The position numbers were made by a program, and so were the translations under genes. Source: Betaproteobacteria bacterium (GTDB taxonomy: Bacteria; Pseudomonadota; Gammaproteobacteria; Burkholderiales; SG8-39). From it: a stretch of 62,833 bases of DNA. Numbering within the stretch: position 1 is the stretch's first letter; each line of letters begins with the position of its first letter. The notes under the pieces are model-generated. The model was not told the DNA's origin. It searched no databases and was given only the letters and a program-made list of their open reading frames with translations. The DNA lies in the NCBI GenBank assembly GCA_947467435.1, contig CANIIA010000005.1:1-62833 (forward strand), given 5' to 3'. Shown piece after piece: positions 10,784 to 20,963 of the stretch.

Positions 10784-12040
10784 AACGGTCTGCATCTCAT
10801 CGGCGATCTGAATGGCTGCCGCTGCGATCCGCGGCTGTTACTCGATGGCCAAGATTTCGAGTCGCGCTGCGTCGCCATGGTTGAGGCTGCTGGCCTCACC
10901 ATCATGGATGTGCGCTTTCATCAATTTGAAGGCTCGGGTTTCACTGGCACCGTGGTGCTCGCTGAATCCCATTTGGCAATTCACACCTGGCCCGAACGTG
11001 CCGGACTCACCTTGGATGTGTACGTCTGTAACTTCAGCGCCGACAACTCTGCCAAAGCGCGCGCGTTGTTTCGTTCGCTGATCGATTACTTTCAGCCGAC
11101 CGAACTGGCTTCTCATGAGATTGATCGCGGCGACCACACGCTCAACGAACCGCTCAACGCGTCGACCGGTTTTTACATTAAGGCCACCGCACAACTGGCC
11201 GAGCGTCAAACGCAGTATCAAAAGCTTGCCGTGTACGATACGCCGCATTACGGCAAGCTTTTACGCCTCGATGGATTCAACATGACCTCCGAGCGCGAAG
11301 AGTTTGTGTATCACGAAAATCTTGTACACCCAGCACTCACGGCGCACGCCCATCCAAAAAACGTGCTGATTATTGGTGGCGGTGACGGCGGTGCAGCCGA
11401 AGAAGCACTGAAGCACCCCTCGATTGAAAAACTCACCTTGGTTGAAATCGATGCTGCGGTAATTGACGTTGCACGCGAGCATTTTCAAGCAGTGCACCAC
11501 GATGTTTTCGATCATCCAAAATTTAATCTGGTGGTCGGTGACGGGTTACGCTACATCCAAGAATCGAGCGAAAAATTTGATTTCATCGCCCTCGATCTTA
11601 ACGACCCGATGGGACCTGCCGAGGCCTTGTATTCCACCGAATTTTTTCAACACTGCCGGCATGCGCTGGCACCCGGTGGTGCCTTAGCGTTGCACATTGG
11701 CTCACCCACCGCGCAGCCTGAACGCGTGGCGGAGCTGGCCCAGCGTTTAAATGGTGTGTTCCGCATTGTGCGTCCGTACACGGTCTACATTCCTTTGTAC
11801 GGCGCGCAGTGGACCCTTGTGGTGTGTTCGGACAAACTCGATCCAAAATCGTTTACCGCCGATGAAATTGATCGCCGTATTGAACAACGCAAGATCAGCG
11901 AATTGCAGTTTTATAACGGCGAAACGCACGAAGGCGTATTTGCGCTACCAAATTTTGTCCGCGATTTAGTTGCGCCGCGCCTAAAAACAACCACCCGCGG
12001 CACACGCCGTTTAGGGGTGGTGTCGGCCGCCGGTAAATAG
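10781..12040 (+). CDS. speD/speE: Fused S-adenosylmethionine decarboxylase proenzyme (SpeD) and aminopropyltransferase (SpeE)
   Basis: N-terminal LAESHLAIHTWPE with the E|S pyruvoyl cleavage site and DVYVCN; C-terminal YHENLVHP, VLIIGGGDGG, VEID and DLNDPMGPA in a single ORF. Confidence 0.93.
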   Translation: MNGLHLIGDLNGCRCDPRLLLDGQDFESRCVAMVEAAGLTIMDVRFHQFEGSGFTGTVVLAESHLAIHTWPERAGLTLDVYVCNFSADNSAKARALFRSLIDYFQPTELASHEIDRGDHTLNEPLNASTGFYIKATAQLAERQTQYQKLAVYDTPHYGKLLRLDGFNMTSEREEFVYHENLVHPALTAHAHPKNVLIIGGGDGGAAEEALKHPSIEKLTLVEIDAAVIDVAREHFQAVHHDVFDHPKFNLVVGDGLRYIQESSEKFDFIALDLNDPMGPAEALYSTEFFQHCRHALAPGGALALHIGSPTAQPERVAELAQRLNGVFRIVRPYTVYIPLYGAQWTLVVCSDKLDPKSFTADEIDRRIEQRKISELQFYNGETHEGVFALPNFVRDLVAPRLKTTTRGTRRLGVVSAAGK

Positions 12041-12066
12041 CGCGACTGAGCGCGACACTTCGCGGC

Positions 12067-13314
12067 ATGCCGACTCAGCCTGCTTCGCCTGGTGCGGTGA
12101 TTCTTGCCCGTGCGGATGTGCTTGCAGCCATCAGTGAAGATGTCCCCCGCTTAACGCGCGTTTTTTTGTCGAAAGAACATCGCCTGGCTGCCGCGCAACT
12201 TGTGCAATGGATGCAAGCCGCCGGCATGCACGCACACATCGATGCCATTGGCAATGTGATTGGACGTTATGAAGGACAGCACCCGAATGCGCCCGCTTTG
12301 CTTATCGGTTCGCATATGGATAGCGTGCGTGATGCGGGTCGTTACGACGGTATCTTCGGCATTTTGTGTCCGATCGCTTGCGTCGAGCGCTTGCATCAAA
12401 GCGACACACGTCTGCCCTTTGCCATCGAAGTAATTGCCTTTGCCGATGAAGAGGGCGTGCGCTTTGGCGCCACGTTGTTAGGTAGTCATGCGCTGGCGGG
12501 TAGTTTTGATTTGGCATGGTTAGATAAATGCGATGCCAACGGATGCAGTATGCGCGAAGCCTTACGCGCCTTTGGTGGTGACCCCAACGCCATTGCATCG
12601 TTAGCGCGAGACCCCGCGGCAACGCTAGGTTTCATTGAAGTACATATCGAACAAGGTCCGGTGTTACTCAGCGAAGGCCGTGCGCTGGGTGTGGTGAGCG
12701 CGATTGCAGCGAGCACACGCTTTCAGATGCGGGTGGAAGGTCTTGCAGGTCACGCAGGGACGGTGCCGATGGGCTTGCGTCAAGATGCTCTGGCCGCCAG
12801 CGCAGAGATGCTGCTAGCGATTGAACGCATCGCGCAAACGCGCGCCGATACCGTGGCCACCGTGGGTCGAATCGAAGCGCAACCTGGTGCCATCAACGTG
12901 ATTCCTGGACAAGTGGCATTCACGCTTGATGCCCGCGCGCCGTCAAACACGTTGCGTGATCAACTCTGCGCCGAACTTCAAAGCGCGTGCGATGCCATTG
13001 CACAACACCGCGGTGTGCGCCTGACGGCTCACGTTCTGCAGCAGCTAAATGCTGCAACCTGTGCACCGCACTTGATGCAACAACTTGAAACGAGTCTCAA
13101 GCGTTGCGCGTTACCAACGCGGATCTTGCCCTCGGGCGCCGGACACGATGCGATGGTCATGGGCTCAATCACCGACATGGCGATGTTATTTGTCCGTTGC
13201 GGCAATGGTGGAATCAGTCATCATTCAGATGAAATAATGACCGCCGAAGATGCTGCGCTCGCCACCGATGTGCTGCATGATTTTATTCTGCATTTTCAAC
13301 CGAGATCCACATGA
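12067..13314 (+). CDS. Allantoate amidohydrolase (M20 family)
   Basis: GSHMDSV, GRYDG, DEEGVRF, EVHIEQGP, AGHAGTVPM, SGAGHDAM. Overlaps a PucG-like gene. Confidence 0.82.
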   Translation: MPTQPASPGAVILARADVLAAISEDVPRLTRVFLSKEHRLAAAQLVQWMQAAGMHAHIDAIGNVIGRYEGQHPNAPALLIGSHMDSVRDAGRYDGIFGILCPIACVERLHQSDTRLPFAIEVIAFADEEGVRFGATLLGSHALAGSFDLAWLDKCDANGCSMREALRAFGGDPNAIASLARDPAATLGFIEVHIEQGPVLLSEGRALGVVSAIAASTRFQMRVEGLAGHAGTVPMGLRQDALAASAEMLLAIERIAQTRADTVATVGRIEAQPGAINVIPGQVAFTLDARAPSNTLRDQLCAELQSACDAIAQHRGVRLTAHVLQQLNAATCAPHLMQQLETSLKRCALPTRILPSGAGHDAMVMGSITDMAMLFVRCGNGGISHHSDEIMTAEDAALATDVLHDFILHFQPRST

Positions 13315-14555
13315 CCGCGCCCGTGATTCCACCCGCTTACGCTGATATTGATCCGTTGCCTCGGTTGTTGATGGGGCCAGGCCCGATCAATGCCGATCCA
13401 CGCGTGCTGCGCGCCATGAGCGCCCAGTTGCTGGGTCAATTCGATCCGCAATTTCGCAACTACATGCGCGAGACGATGGCGCTGTACCGCGAAATTTTCG
13501 TCACGCAAAACACCTGGACCATGTGTATTGATGGCACCGCACGCGCAGGCATCGAAGCAGCGATGGTGTCCTTGATTGAACCCGGGGATCGTGTGCTGGT
13601 GCCGATCTTTGGTCGGTTTGGCCACCTTAAGGTCGAAATTGCTCGTCGTGCTGGTGCGCAAGTGCACGCCATCGAGATGGAATGGGGCCAAGTGTTCACA
13701 CCAGAAATGATCGAAGACGCACTGCGCACTTTCAAACCTAAACTGGTGGCGCTGTGTCAGGGCGACACCTCAACCACCATGGCACAACCTTTAGCAGAGA
13801 TCGGTGCGTTATGTCATCGCTACGATGCACTGCTGTATGTCGATGCCACCGCGTCAATTGTTGGTATGCCATTACCGGTTGATGCGTGGCACATCGATGT
13901 CGTGACATGCGGATTACAAAAATGTTTGGCGGGTCCTTCAGGCATTGCACCGATCACGCTTAATGCGCGTGCCGCAGAACACATCAAACGCCGACGCCAC
14001 ATCGAGCAAGGGCTACAGTCGGCCGACTATGTGGCCGGCAGCGGTCGAATGATTGCTTCCAATTATTTTGATCTCGCCATGGTGATGGATTATTGGTCAG
14101 AGCAAGCCCTCAATCACCACACCGAAGCCACGACCATGTTGTATGCGGCACGTGAATGTGCGCGTATCACGCTACTCGAAGGACTCGACGCGGTACATGC
14201 ACGCCACGCAGCGGCCTCGCGCGCCATGGTTGCCGGACTACAAGCGATGGGGCTCAAGTTGTTTGGTGATCTCGCTCATAAAATGCCCAATGTGACGGGC
14301 ATCTGGATTCCGCAAGGTGTGAATGGCGATCGCGTGCGTGCACGAATGTTGAATGATTTCAATATCGAAATCGGTACCAGCTTTGGTCCACTGCATGGAC
14401 GCATTTGGCGTATTGGCGCAATGGGCTATAACGCGCGCAAAGACACCGTTCTGATTACTTTAGGCGCGCTCGACGCTTGCTTGCAGGCAGAGGGCTATGC
14501 GATGCCCCGCGGCGCAGGTGTGGATGCCGCGTATGCAACGTATTGCCTCACCTAG
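13311..14555 (+). CDS. pucG: Alanine-glyoxylate aminotransferase family, probable (S)-ureidoglycine-glyoxylate transaminase (PucG/HpxJ-like)
   Basis: LLMGPGP, GLQKCL (PLP lysine), NHHTEAT, WRIG, plus ureide gene context. Confidence 0.8.
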   Translation: MTAPVIPPAYADIDPLPRLLMGPGPINADPRVLRAMSAQLLGQFDPQFRNYMRETMALYREIFVTQNTWTMCIDGTARAGIEAAMVSLIEPGDRVLVPIFGRFGHLKVEIARRAGAQVHAIEMEWGQVFTPEMIEDALRTFKPKLVALCQGDTSTTMAQPLAEIGALCHRYDALLYVDATASIVGMPLPVDAWHIDVVTCGLQKCLAGPSGIAPITLNARAAEHIKRRRHIEQGLQSADYVAGSGRMIASNYFDLAMVMDYWSEQALNHHTEATTMLYAARECARITLLEGLDAVHARHAAASRAMVAGLQAMGLKLFGDLAHKMPNVTGIWIPQGVNGDRVRARMLNDFNIEIGTSFGPLHGRIWRIGAMGYNARKDTVLITLGALDACLQAEGYAMPRGAGVDAAYATYCLT

Positions 14556-14599
14556 ACCAACATCTCTCTGAGCAATACCCACCGATACACGTAAGGATC

Positions 14600-15019
14600 A
14601 TGATGAAAAAAAATTTTCTATGCGCGGTTTGTTTGCTGTTTCTTATGACCCATGTGACCCACGCACAAACACCCGCTGCGCCCATCACCACCGCCAGCGG
14701 TCTTGAAATTCGCGTACTCAAACCGGGGCAAGGGCCGAGCCCCAAAGCCACCGATCGCGTGCGTGTGCATTATCGCGGCACCTTCATGGATGGACGTGAG
14801 TTTGATAGCTCGTACAAACGTAATGAGCCCACCGAATTTCCGCTTAATGGTGTCATTCCGTGTTGGACCGAAGGTGTACAACGCATGAAAGTGGGCGGCA
14901 GCGCGCGTTTGATTTGTCCGCCAAGCATTGCCTATGGCGAGCGCGGTGCTGGCGGGGTGATTCCTCCCAACGCCACGCTACAATTTGATATTGAATTGCT
15001 AGCGATCTTGCCGCGCTAA
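14600..15019 (+). CDS. FKBP-type peptidyl-prolyl isomerase with signal peptide
   Basis: VHYRGT, FDSS, VIPCWTEG, AYGERG, IPPNATL. AAGGA RBS precedes MMKKNFL. Confidence 0.93.
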   Translation: MMKKNFLCAVCLLFLMTHVTHAQTPAAPITTASGLEIRVLKPGQGPSPKATDRVRVHYRGTFMDGREFDSSYKRNEPTEFPLNGVIPCWTEGVQRMKVGGSARLICPPSIAYGERGAGGVIPPNATLQFDIELLAILPR

Positions 15020-15080
15020 GTAAAGTGCGGCGTTGCGTTACATCGCCTGACCTTGCGTTGCTTGCCGTACCGTTGCCTAA

Positions 15081-16097
15081 TTAATCGTTGAGTTCGATCC
15101 CACGTTCGCGCGCAAGCGTGGACCAACGCAAAATATCTGCCTCGATAAAGCGCCCGAATTGCTCGGGACTCATCGGCATTGGTTCAATCGCCTCGTGTGC
15201 AAAACGTTCGCGTAACTCGGTACTACTCAGCGCTTTATTGATTTCAGCGTTGAGTTGACGCGTGAGCTCTGCAGGCAGGCGTGCGGGGCCAACAATGCCA
15301 TACCACTGCACGCCGTCGAATCCTCGATAGCCAAGTTCTGCAAACGTGGGCACGTCGGTAATGAATGGGTGGCGACGCGCGCCAGTGATCGCCAGTGCCC
15401 GTAATTTTCCCGCACGCAAATGCGCCAGCGCACCAGCCAATCCGGGCATCAACATCTGTGTTTGTCCACCGAGCAAATCAGCGATCGCCGGGCCAATGCC
15501 GCGATAGGGGACATGCACGGCGTCAAATTGTGCGGCCTGACGGAATTGTTCCATCGCCAAATGAGTCAACGATCCCGAACCAGATGACCCGTAACTCAAG
15601 CGAGTGCCGGCGCGTCGTGATAGTTCGAGCAAACCACGCACATCATTTACACCCAAACTGGTTGGCACCACCAATACATTTGGGGTCCCACCTAACATAG
15701 CGATGGCGGTGAAATCGCGCACGGCATCGTAAGGCAAGCGACGCACCGCAGGCCCTGTACCATGAGTTGCGACATAGCCCAACATCAAGGTGTAACCATC
15801 GGCTGGTGCGCGCGCAACAGCTTGCGCAGCAATCGTCCCACCACCGCCGGATTGATTTTCAACAATAAACGATCCGCCGGTCGCGCGTGCCAAACGTTCG
15901 GCCACGGTGCGCGCAAGTAAGTCCACGGCGCCGCCAGGTTGCACCGGCGCGATGATGCGTACCGGACGTTGCGGATATTTTTGTGCCTGGACAGCGCATG
16001 AAAAACCAACCACACACACGCCGAGAGTGATGGCGTGCGTCACACTCAACGCGCGGCGCAAAATCCACCGTATTTGCGCAAACACCTTTAAGCGCAT
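15081..16097 (-). CDS. Bug/TctC tripartite tricarboxylate transporter substrate-binding protein
   Basis: YPQRPVRII, PGGAVD, ADGYTL, YGSSGSGS, HVPYRG. Confidence 0.9.
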   Translation of the reverse strand: MRLKVFAQIRWILRRALSVTHAITLGVCVVGFSCAVQAQKYPQRPVRIIAPVQPGGAVDLLARTVAERLARATGGSFIVENQSGGGGTIAAQAVARAPADGYTLMLGYVATHGTGPAVRRLPYDAVRDFTAIAMLGGTPNVLVVPTSLGVNDVRGLLELSRRAGTRLSYGSSGSGSLTHLAMEQFRQAAQFDAVHVPYRGIGPAIADLLGGQTQMLMPGLAGALAHLRAGKLRALAITGARRHPFITDVPTFAELGYRGFDGVQWYGIVGPARLPAELTRQLNAEINKALSSTELRERFAHEAIEPMPMSPEQFGRFIEADILRWSTLARERGIELND

Positions 16098-16109
16098 CGC
16101 GTGATCACG

Positions 16110-17120
16110 TTAATTCGTTGCGCAGGGTGGATGCAGCGCGCGCCAATGTCGCGCCAGATCAATGCGTCGACATACCCACACACGGTCGTGGCGCTCGACA
16201 TAATCTAAAAACCGCTGCAACGCACGTAAGCGCCCAGGACGCCCTAACAAACGGCAATGCATGCCCACCGACATCATCTTGGGTGCATGTGTGCCTTCTT
16301 GATACAGCACATCAAAGCTATCTTTAAGGTACTGAAAAAATTGTTCGCCCGTATTAAATCCTTGTGGGGTAGCAAACCGCATGTCATTGGCGTCCAGCGT
16401 ATAAGGCACCACCAAATGATCGACTGCAGCGCCGCGCTTGGGTTGCACACGCAGCCACATTGGCAAGTCATCGCCATAGTAATCGCTGTCATATTCATAA
16501 CCGCCGTGCTCGACCAACAAGCGGCGCGTATTTGGACTGTCACGTCCGGTATACCAACCGAATGGCCATCGTCCGCCAGTCAGTTGACGAATGGTGTCGG
16601 TGGCGATACGCATATGCGCCGCTTCGGTTTTTGCATTGATGTGTTGATAGTGAATCCAACGCATGCCATGACAGGCAATTTCATGCCCTTGCTCGACAAA
16701 GGCTGCGGTGAGTTCTGGGTGACGCGCGAGCGCCATCGACACACCAAACACAGTCAGGGGTAACTGACGTTGTTCGAACTCACGCAGGATCCGCCACACG
16801 CCAACACGCGAGCCATATTCGTAGATCGACTCCATGCTCATGTGTCGATCAGGATAGGCCGCTGCACCAATGATCTCGGATAAAAATTGCTCCGAGCCTG
16901 CATCACCATGCAACACGTTGTTTTCTGCGCCCTCTTCATAGTTAAGCACGAACTGCAACGCCACACGCGCATTGCCTGGCCAACGTGGATGTGGCGGATG
17001 CGCGCCATAACCAATCAAATCGCGTGGATAGGCTTGGCCCGCCGATTTCGTCGACTTAGGTTGTGTGCGCTGAGGTTTTGTTGGTCGACTTTGGCGACGA
17101 ACGATGTTGCGCGTGGCCAT
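16110..17120 (-). CDS. puuE: Allantoinase PuuE (polysaccharide deacetylase fold)
   Basis: YPRDLIGYG, LNYEEG, SMESIYEYGSR, GWYTGR, PYTLDANDMRF, GMHCRLLGRPGR. Confidence 0.92.
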   Translation of the reverse strand: MATRNIVRRQSRPTKPQRTQPKSTKSAGQAYPRDLIGYGAHPPHPRWPGNARVALQFVLNYEEGAENNVLHGDAGSEQFLSEIIGAAAYPDRHMSMESIYEYGSRVGVWRILREFEQRQLPLTVFGVSMALARHPELTAAFVEQGHEIACHGMRWIHYQHINAKTEAAHMRIATDTIRQLTGGRWPFGWYTGRDSPNTRRLLVEHGGYEYDSDYYGDDLPMWLRVQPKRGAAVDHLVVPYTLDANDMRFATPQGFNTGEQFFQYLKDSFDVLYQEGTHAPKMMSVGMHCRLLGRPGRLRALQRFLDYVERHDRVWVCRRIDLARHWRALHPPCATN

Positions 17121-17123
17121 CGC

Positions 17124-17861
17124 TTATGCCCGCGGAGCAAATCCGGCAAATGCACCGGTATATTTTTTCGGAATCGGCAACGCGTAATCACCGTGTTTAC
17201 TGGTCTGCAGTTGCAAGCCAACCAAGGCTTCGCAAAACTTTACTGCAGCGGCGACCCCATCAATCACTGGCACACCAAGCGACGCACTGAGTCGTGTGCA
17301 CAAATCCGCCATCCCCGCGCAACCCAACACAATCGCACCAGAGCCGTCTTGCTTGAGTGCCTGCTCACATTGCGCCAAGATCAACGCATAGGCATCACTG
17401 GCTGGATCTTCTAACGCCAGCACTGGCAAGTCGGTGCCATGCACGCCGCGACACACAGTGCTAAAACCATAGCGATCAACCAAACGTCGCGCCATCACGC
17501 AGGTGCGCGTTAAGGTCGTGACGATAGAAAATCCGGTCGCAACAAAACTCGCTGCATGCATCGCAGCCTCTGCAATACCCAGCACCGGGCCACGCGCAAT
17601 CTCGCGCGCTGCATCTAAACCCGGGTCACCAAAACAAGCGATGACATAGGCATCGCACGCTTGCGTTTCACCAATGCGCACTTCACCAAGCAAACCGGGT
17701 ACGGCGTAGGCTTCATCGTAGTGATCTTCAATCGATACCGGTCCACCCGTGGGACTCACCGCAAGAATCTCCGTACCCTGCGCAGCCACTGTGCGCGCAG
17801 CGCGCGCAATTTTGTCGGTCATGCTTTGCGTTGTATTCGGATTGATGAGCTTGATACGCAT
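17124..17861 (-). CDS. hpxA: Asp/Glu/hydantoin racemase family, probable allantoin racemase
   Basis: MRIKLINPNTT, IACFGDPG and LGCAGM catalytic cysteines. Immediately upstream of puuE. Confidence 0.82.
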   Translation of the reverse strand: MRIKLINPNTTQSMTDKIARAARTVAAQGTEILAVSPTGGPVSIEDHYDEAYAVPGLLGEVRIGETQACDAYVIACFGDPGLDAAREIARGPVLGIAEAAMHAASFVATGFSIVTTLTRTCVMARRLVDRYGFSTVCRGVHGTDLPVLALEDPASDAYALILAQCEQALKQDGSGAIVLGCAGMADLCTRLSASLGVPVIDGVAAAVKFCEALVGLQLQTSKHGDYALPIPKKYTGAFAGFAPRA

Positions 17862-17922
17862 CGTGCGCTCCACCAAAGAAAAAGGCGGGACACAAGCCCC
17901 GCCTTCGAATGTTGCGAATGTT

Positions 17923-19278
17923 TTAGGCCAACTCGCTGAGCACGTCGCGAACAATCTGAAAGAGTTCGTCGATCTGTGCTTTCTCGATAATCAACGGTGG
18001 TGCCAAGGCAATCACTTCTCCCGCGACACGGATGTAAGCGCCTTTACCAAACGCGCGGATATGCGCATCGAGTGCACGACTACCGAGGGGTTCACCCGGA
18101 CGCGAAGCAAGCTCAATGGCGGCAATTAACCCGATGTTACGAATGTCCACGACGTTTGGCAGCCCCTTGAGTGCGTGGGCTTTTTCTTGCCAGTAATGCG
18201 CCAACTCACCGACGCGTGTAAGCAAGCCTTCTTCGGCATACGTGTCGAGCGTGGCAATCCCTGCAGCGCAAGCCAGTGGATGACCTGAATACGTATAACC
18301 GTGGGGCATTTCAACGCTGCGTTCGGGGCCTGTCATAAAAGCTTCGTACACGGAGTCTTTCATAAAGACGGCGCCCATCGGCACGGTGGCGTTGGTGATG
18401 CCTTTGGCCGCAGTAATGAGATCGGGTGTCACACCAAAATATTGCGATCCAAAGGGCTGGCCCAAGCGACCCCACGCGGTGATGACCTCATCAAAAATAA
18501 GCAAGATGCCGTGCTTGTCGCAAATCGCGCGCAAGCGCTCGAGATAGCCTTTGGGTGGAACGAGCACACCGGTCGAACACGCGACCGGCTCAACAATCAC
18601 TGCGGCAATCGTTGACGCATCATGCAAGCCAACCAAGCGCTCAAGATCGTCAGCCAGCTCTGCGCCATGTTCTGGCTGGCCACGAGAAAATGCATTGCGT
18701 GCCATGTCGTGGGTGTGACGAATATGATCGACACCCGTGACTAGCGCACCAAAGAGTTTGCGATTACCAACGATGCCGCCAACCGCCGTGCCGCCAAAAT
18801 TAACGCCGTGATATCCACGCTCACGACCGATCAACCGAATGCGCTGACCTTCACCGCGGGCACGATGATAAGCAATCGCTAGTTTGAGTGCCGTGTCCAC
18901 CGACTCGGAGCCGGAGTTGGTAAAGAATACCCGCCCTAAACCTTTCGGTGCCAGCGCGCGCAACCGCTCAGCAAATTCAAACACCAAGGGGTGACCCAAC
19001 TGAAACGTTGGCGAAAAATCGAGCGTGGCGACTTGCTTTTGTACTGCAGCCACAATTTTCGGACGGCAATGCCCGGCGTTGACGCACCACAATCCCGAGG
19101 TGCCATCAATTAAGCGCTGGCCTTCCGGCGTGTAGTAATACATGCCTTCGGCACGCGCAATCATGCGTGGCGCTTTTTTAAATTGCCGGTTCATTGAAAA
19201 CGGCATTAGGAAAGCTGAGTCCTCTAACACCTGTGAAGGGGCAGGTACAGCCACTTGCGGATTGGCACGATCGTTCAT
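17923..19278 (-). CDS. Class III omega-amino acid (beta-alanine):pyruvate aminotransferase
   Basis: SGLWCVNAGH, NSGSES, YHG, FDEVIT, AKGIT, HGYTYSGHP. Confidence 0.88.
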   Translation of the reverse strand: MNDRANPQVAVPAPSQVLEDSAFLMPFSMNRQFKKAPRMIARAEGMYYYTPEGQRLIDGTSGLWCVNAGHCRPKIVAAVQKQVATLDFSPTFQLGHPLVFEFAERLRALAPKGLGRVFFTNSGSESVDTALKLAIAYHRARGEGQRIRLIGRERGYHGVNFGGTAVGGIVGNRKLFGALVTGVDHIRHTHDMARNAFSRGQPEHGAELADDLERLVGLHDASTIAAVIVEPVACSTGVLVPPKGYLERLRAICDKHGILLIFDEVITAWGRLGQPFGSQYFGVTPDLITAAKGITNATVPMGAVFMKDSVYEAFMTGPERSVEMPHGYTYSGHPLACAAGIATLDTYAEEGLLTRVGELAHYWQEKAHALKGLPNVVDIRNIGLIAAIELASRPGEPLGSRALDAHIRAFGKGAYIRVAGEVIALAPPLIIEKAQIDELFQIVRDVLSELA

Positions 19279-19299
19279 GGTCTTTCCTCCGTATTCAAC

Positions 19300-20556
19300 T
19301 CAGGCTGCCGCCTGGGCTGTTGCATGTACGCCGGCCGCAGCCAGCATGGCGTTCAATAAAACACTGGCCCCCGCGGCAATTTCATCGGGCCGTGCATTTT
19401 CGAGTTCGTTGTGCGACAAGCCGCCTTCACACGGCACAAAAATCATTGCCGTTGGCGCAACTCGCGCTAAATACACCGCATCGTGTGCAGCGCCAGAAAC
19501 GATATCACGACACGACAATCCCAATTGTTTTGCCGCTCCTCGTACCGCATCAATTAAGTGTGGCGCGAAATGGCTGGGCGGAAAATACAACACCTCATTC
19601 ATCGAGATTTGCACACGACACGCTTGTTCAATCTCACGCACAGCGTCACGCAGTGACTCAACCATGTTGCTTAACGTTTCATCGCGCGCGTTTCGTACAT
19701 CGATGGTCATATCAACTCGCCCGGGTACGACGTTGCGCGAATTCGGCGTCACACGCAGATGTCCGACGGTTGCACGCGCGTTATCGGGAAAAGTACATGC
19801 AACACGATTGACTTCGACCACCAAACGCGAGGCGGCGAGTAGCGCATCTTTACGCAACTCCATTGGTGTGGGTCCCGCATGTGAATCCTGTCCGATGATC
19901 TCGACATCAAACCAGCGCTGCCCCAACGCGCCAGTGACCGCACCGATGGTTGTCTTGGTATTTTCAAGCACTGGGCCTTGCTCAATATGCGCTTCAAAAT
20001 AGGCACCCACCGCAATGGTGGTGGCTTGACCGCCATAACCGATCGCTTGCAACGCTTCGCCCACACTGATGCCATCAATATCTTTTTGTTGCAGCATCGG
20101 CTCGAGTTGGTAGACCCCAGAAAACACACCTGAACCCATCATCGTGGGGACAAAACGCGAGCCCTCTTCGTTGGTCCAGGCCACAACTTCAATCGGCGCT
20201 TCGGTTTGCAAACCCAAATCATTCAACCGCCGAACAACTTCCAGGCCGGCCATCACGCCATAGGCGCCGTCGAATTTTCCACCCGAGGGTTGCGTATCGA
20301 GATGGCTTCCGGTCATCACCGGCGCACGCTGAGGATCCAGGCCTTCGCGGCGTGCAAAGATATTGCCGATGGCATCTGTACGAATATGCATTCCAGCGCC
20401 CTTCGCCCAAGCAACAAATTGGTCGCGTCCCTGACGATCCAAGTCGGTCAAGGTGATGCGCTTTACACCACCCTTTGGGGTCGCGCCGATCTGCGCTAAG
20501 TCCATTAAGGATTGCCACAGGCGTTGCGCGTCAATGTGTAAATTCACAGGGGACAT
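19300..20556 (-). CDS. Zn-dependent N-carbamoyl-amino acid amidohydrolase (beta-ureidopropionase-like, M20)
   Basis: GATPKGGV, GSHLDTQPSGGKFDG, NEEGSRF, HIEQGP, HAGPTPM, GAAHDA. Start may be 20556 or 20601. Confidence 0.85.
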   Translation of the reverse strand: MSPVNLHIDAQRLWQSLMDLAQIGATPKGGVKRITLTDLDRQGRDQFVAWAKGAGMHIRTDAIGNIFARREGLDPQRAPVMTGSHLDTQPSGGKFDGAYGVMAGLEVVRRLNDLGLQTEAPIEVVAWTNEEGSRFVPTMMGSGVFSGVYQLEPMLQQKDIDGISVGEALQAIGYGGQATTIAVGAYFEAHIEQGPVLENTKTTIGAVTGALGQRWFDVEIIGQDSHAGPTPMELRKDALLAASRLVVEVNRVACTFPDNARATVGHLRVTPNSRNVVPGRVDMTIDVRNARDETLSNMVESLRDAVREIEQACRVQISMNEVLYFPPSHFAPHLIDAVRGAAKQLGLSCRDIVSGAAHDAVYLARVAPTAMIFVPCEGGLSHNELENARPDEIAAGASVLLNAMLAAAGVHATAQAAA

Positions 20557-20704
20557 ACGAAATCTCAGGGGGTGGGGGCTCGGGGTCTGCGGGTAGACCA
20601 ACCATCAACAATCAATCGCGCCAGACGGCGCAATGCAACATTTCACTACCCGCTGTTCACGTTCAAGCTTACCGCAAAACCGCTCGTTTCAGTGACGTGA
20701 GAAT

Positions 20705-20751
20705 CGCCCTAATCTAGCGCAGTTCACTTAAGCACGCACCAACGCGGAGCG
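20705..20751. promoter_or_regulatory. Two putative NtrC-type enhancer boxes
   Basis: CGCCCTA-ATC-TAGCGCA (20705-20721) and CGCACCA-ACG-CGGAGCG (20735-20751), 30 bp apart, resemble TGCACCA-N3-TGGTGCA and lie upstream of a sigma-54 motif. Confidence 0.5.
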
Positions 20752-20796
20752 GGCGTTACAATATTGAGGCCATTGTTAGCTACGCGTAGGGAACAG

Positions 20797-20812
20797 CGGC
20801 ACAGCCCTTGCT
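20797..20812 (+). promoter_or_regulatory. Sigma-54 (-24/-12) promoter of the ABC/amidase operon
   Basis: CGGCAC-AGCCC-TTGCT, a near-consensus GG-N10-GC. Confidence 0.7.
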
Positions 20813-20963
20813 AAGTGTTTTCATCGCTTCATGGCAGCCCCATGATGCACGCAGTCGATCGCCCCCGTTAAATCTACAAGCCTCACCTGCTGTTACTTAT
20901 CACGCACCCGCCTTAGCAAATTGTCTTTTGTACTCGCGGCACTCACTTTTTTGGGAGTTTTTC

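Noticed and set aside
16110..17120. PuuE as a polysaccharide deacetylase
   Set aside because: PuuE-type motifs and the neighbouring racemase and ureide genes favour allantoinase.
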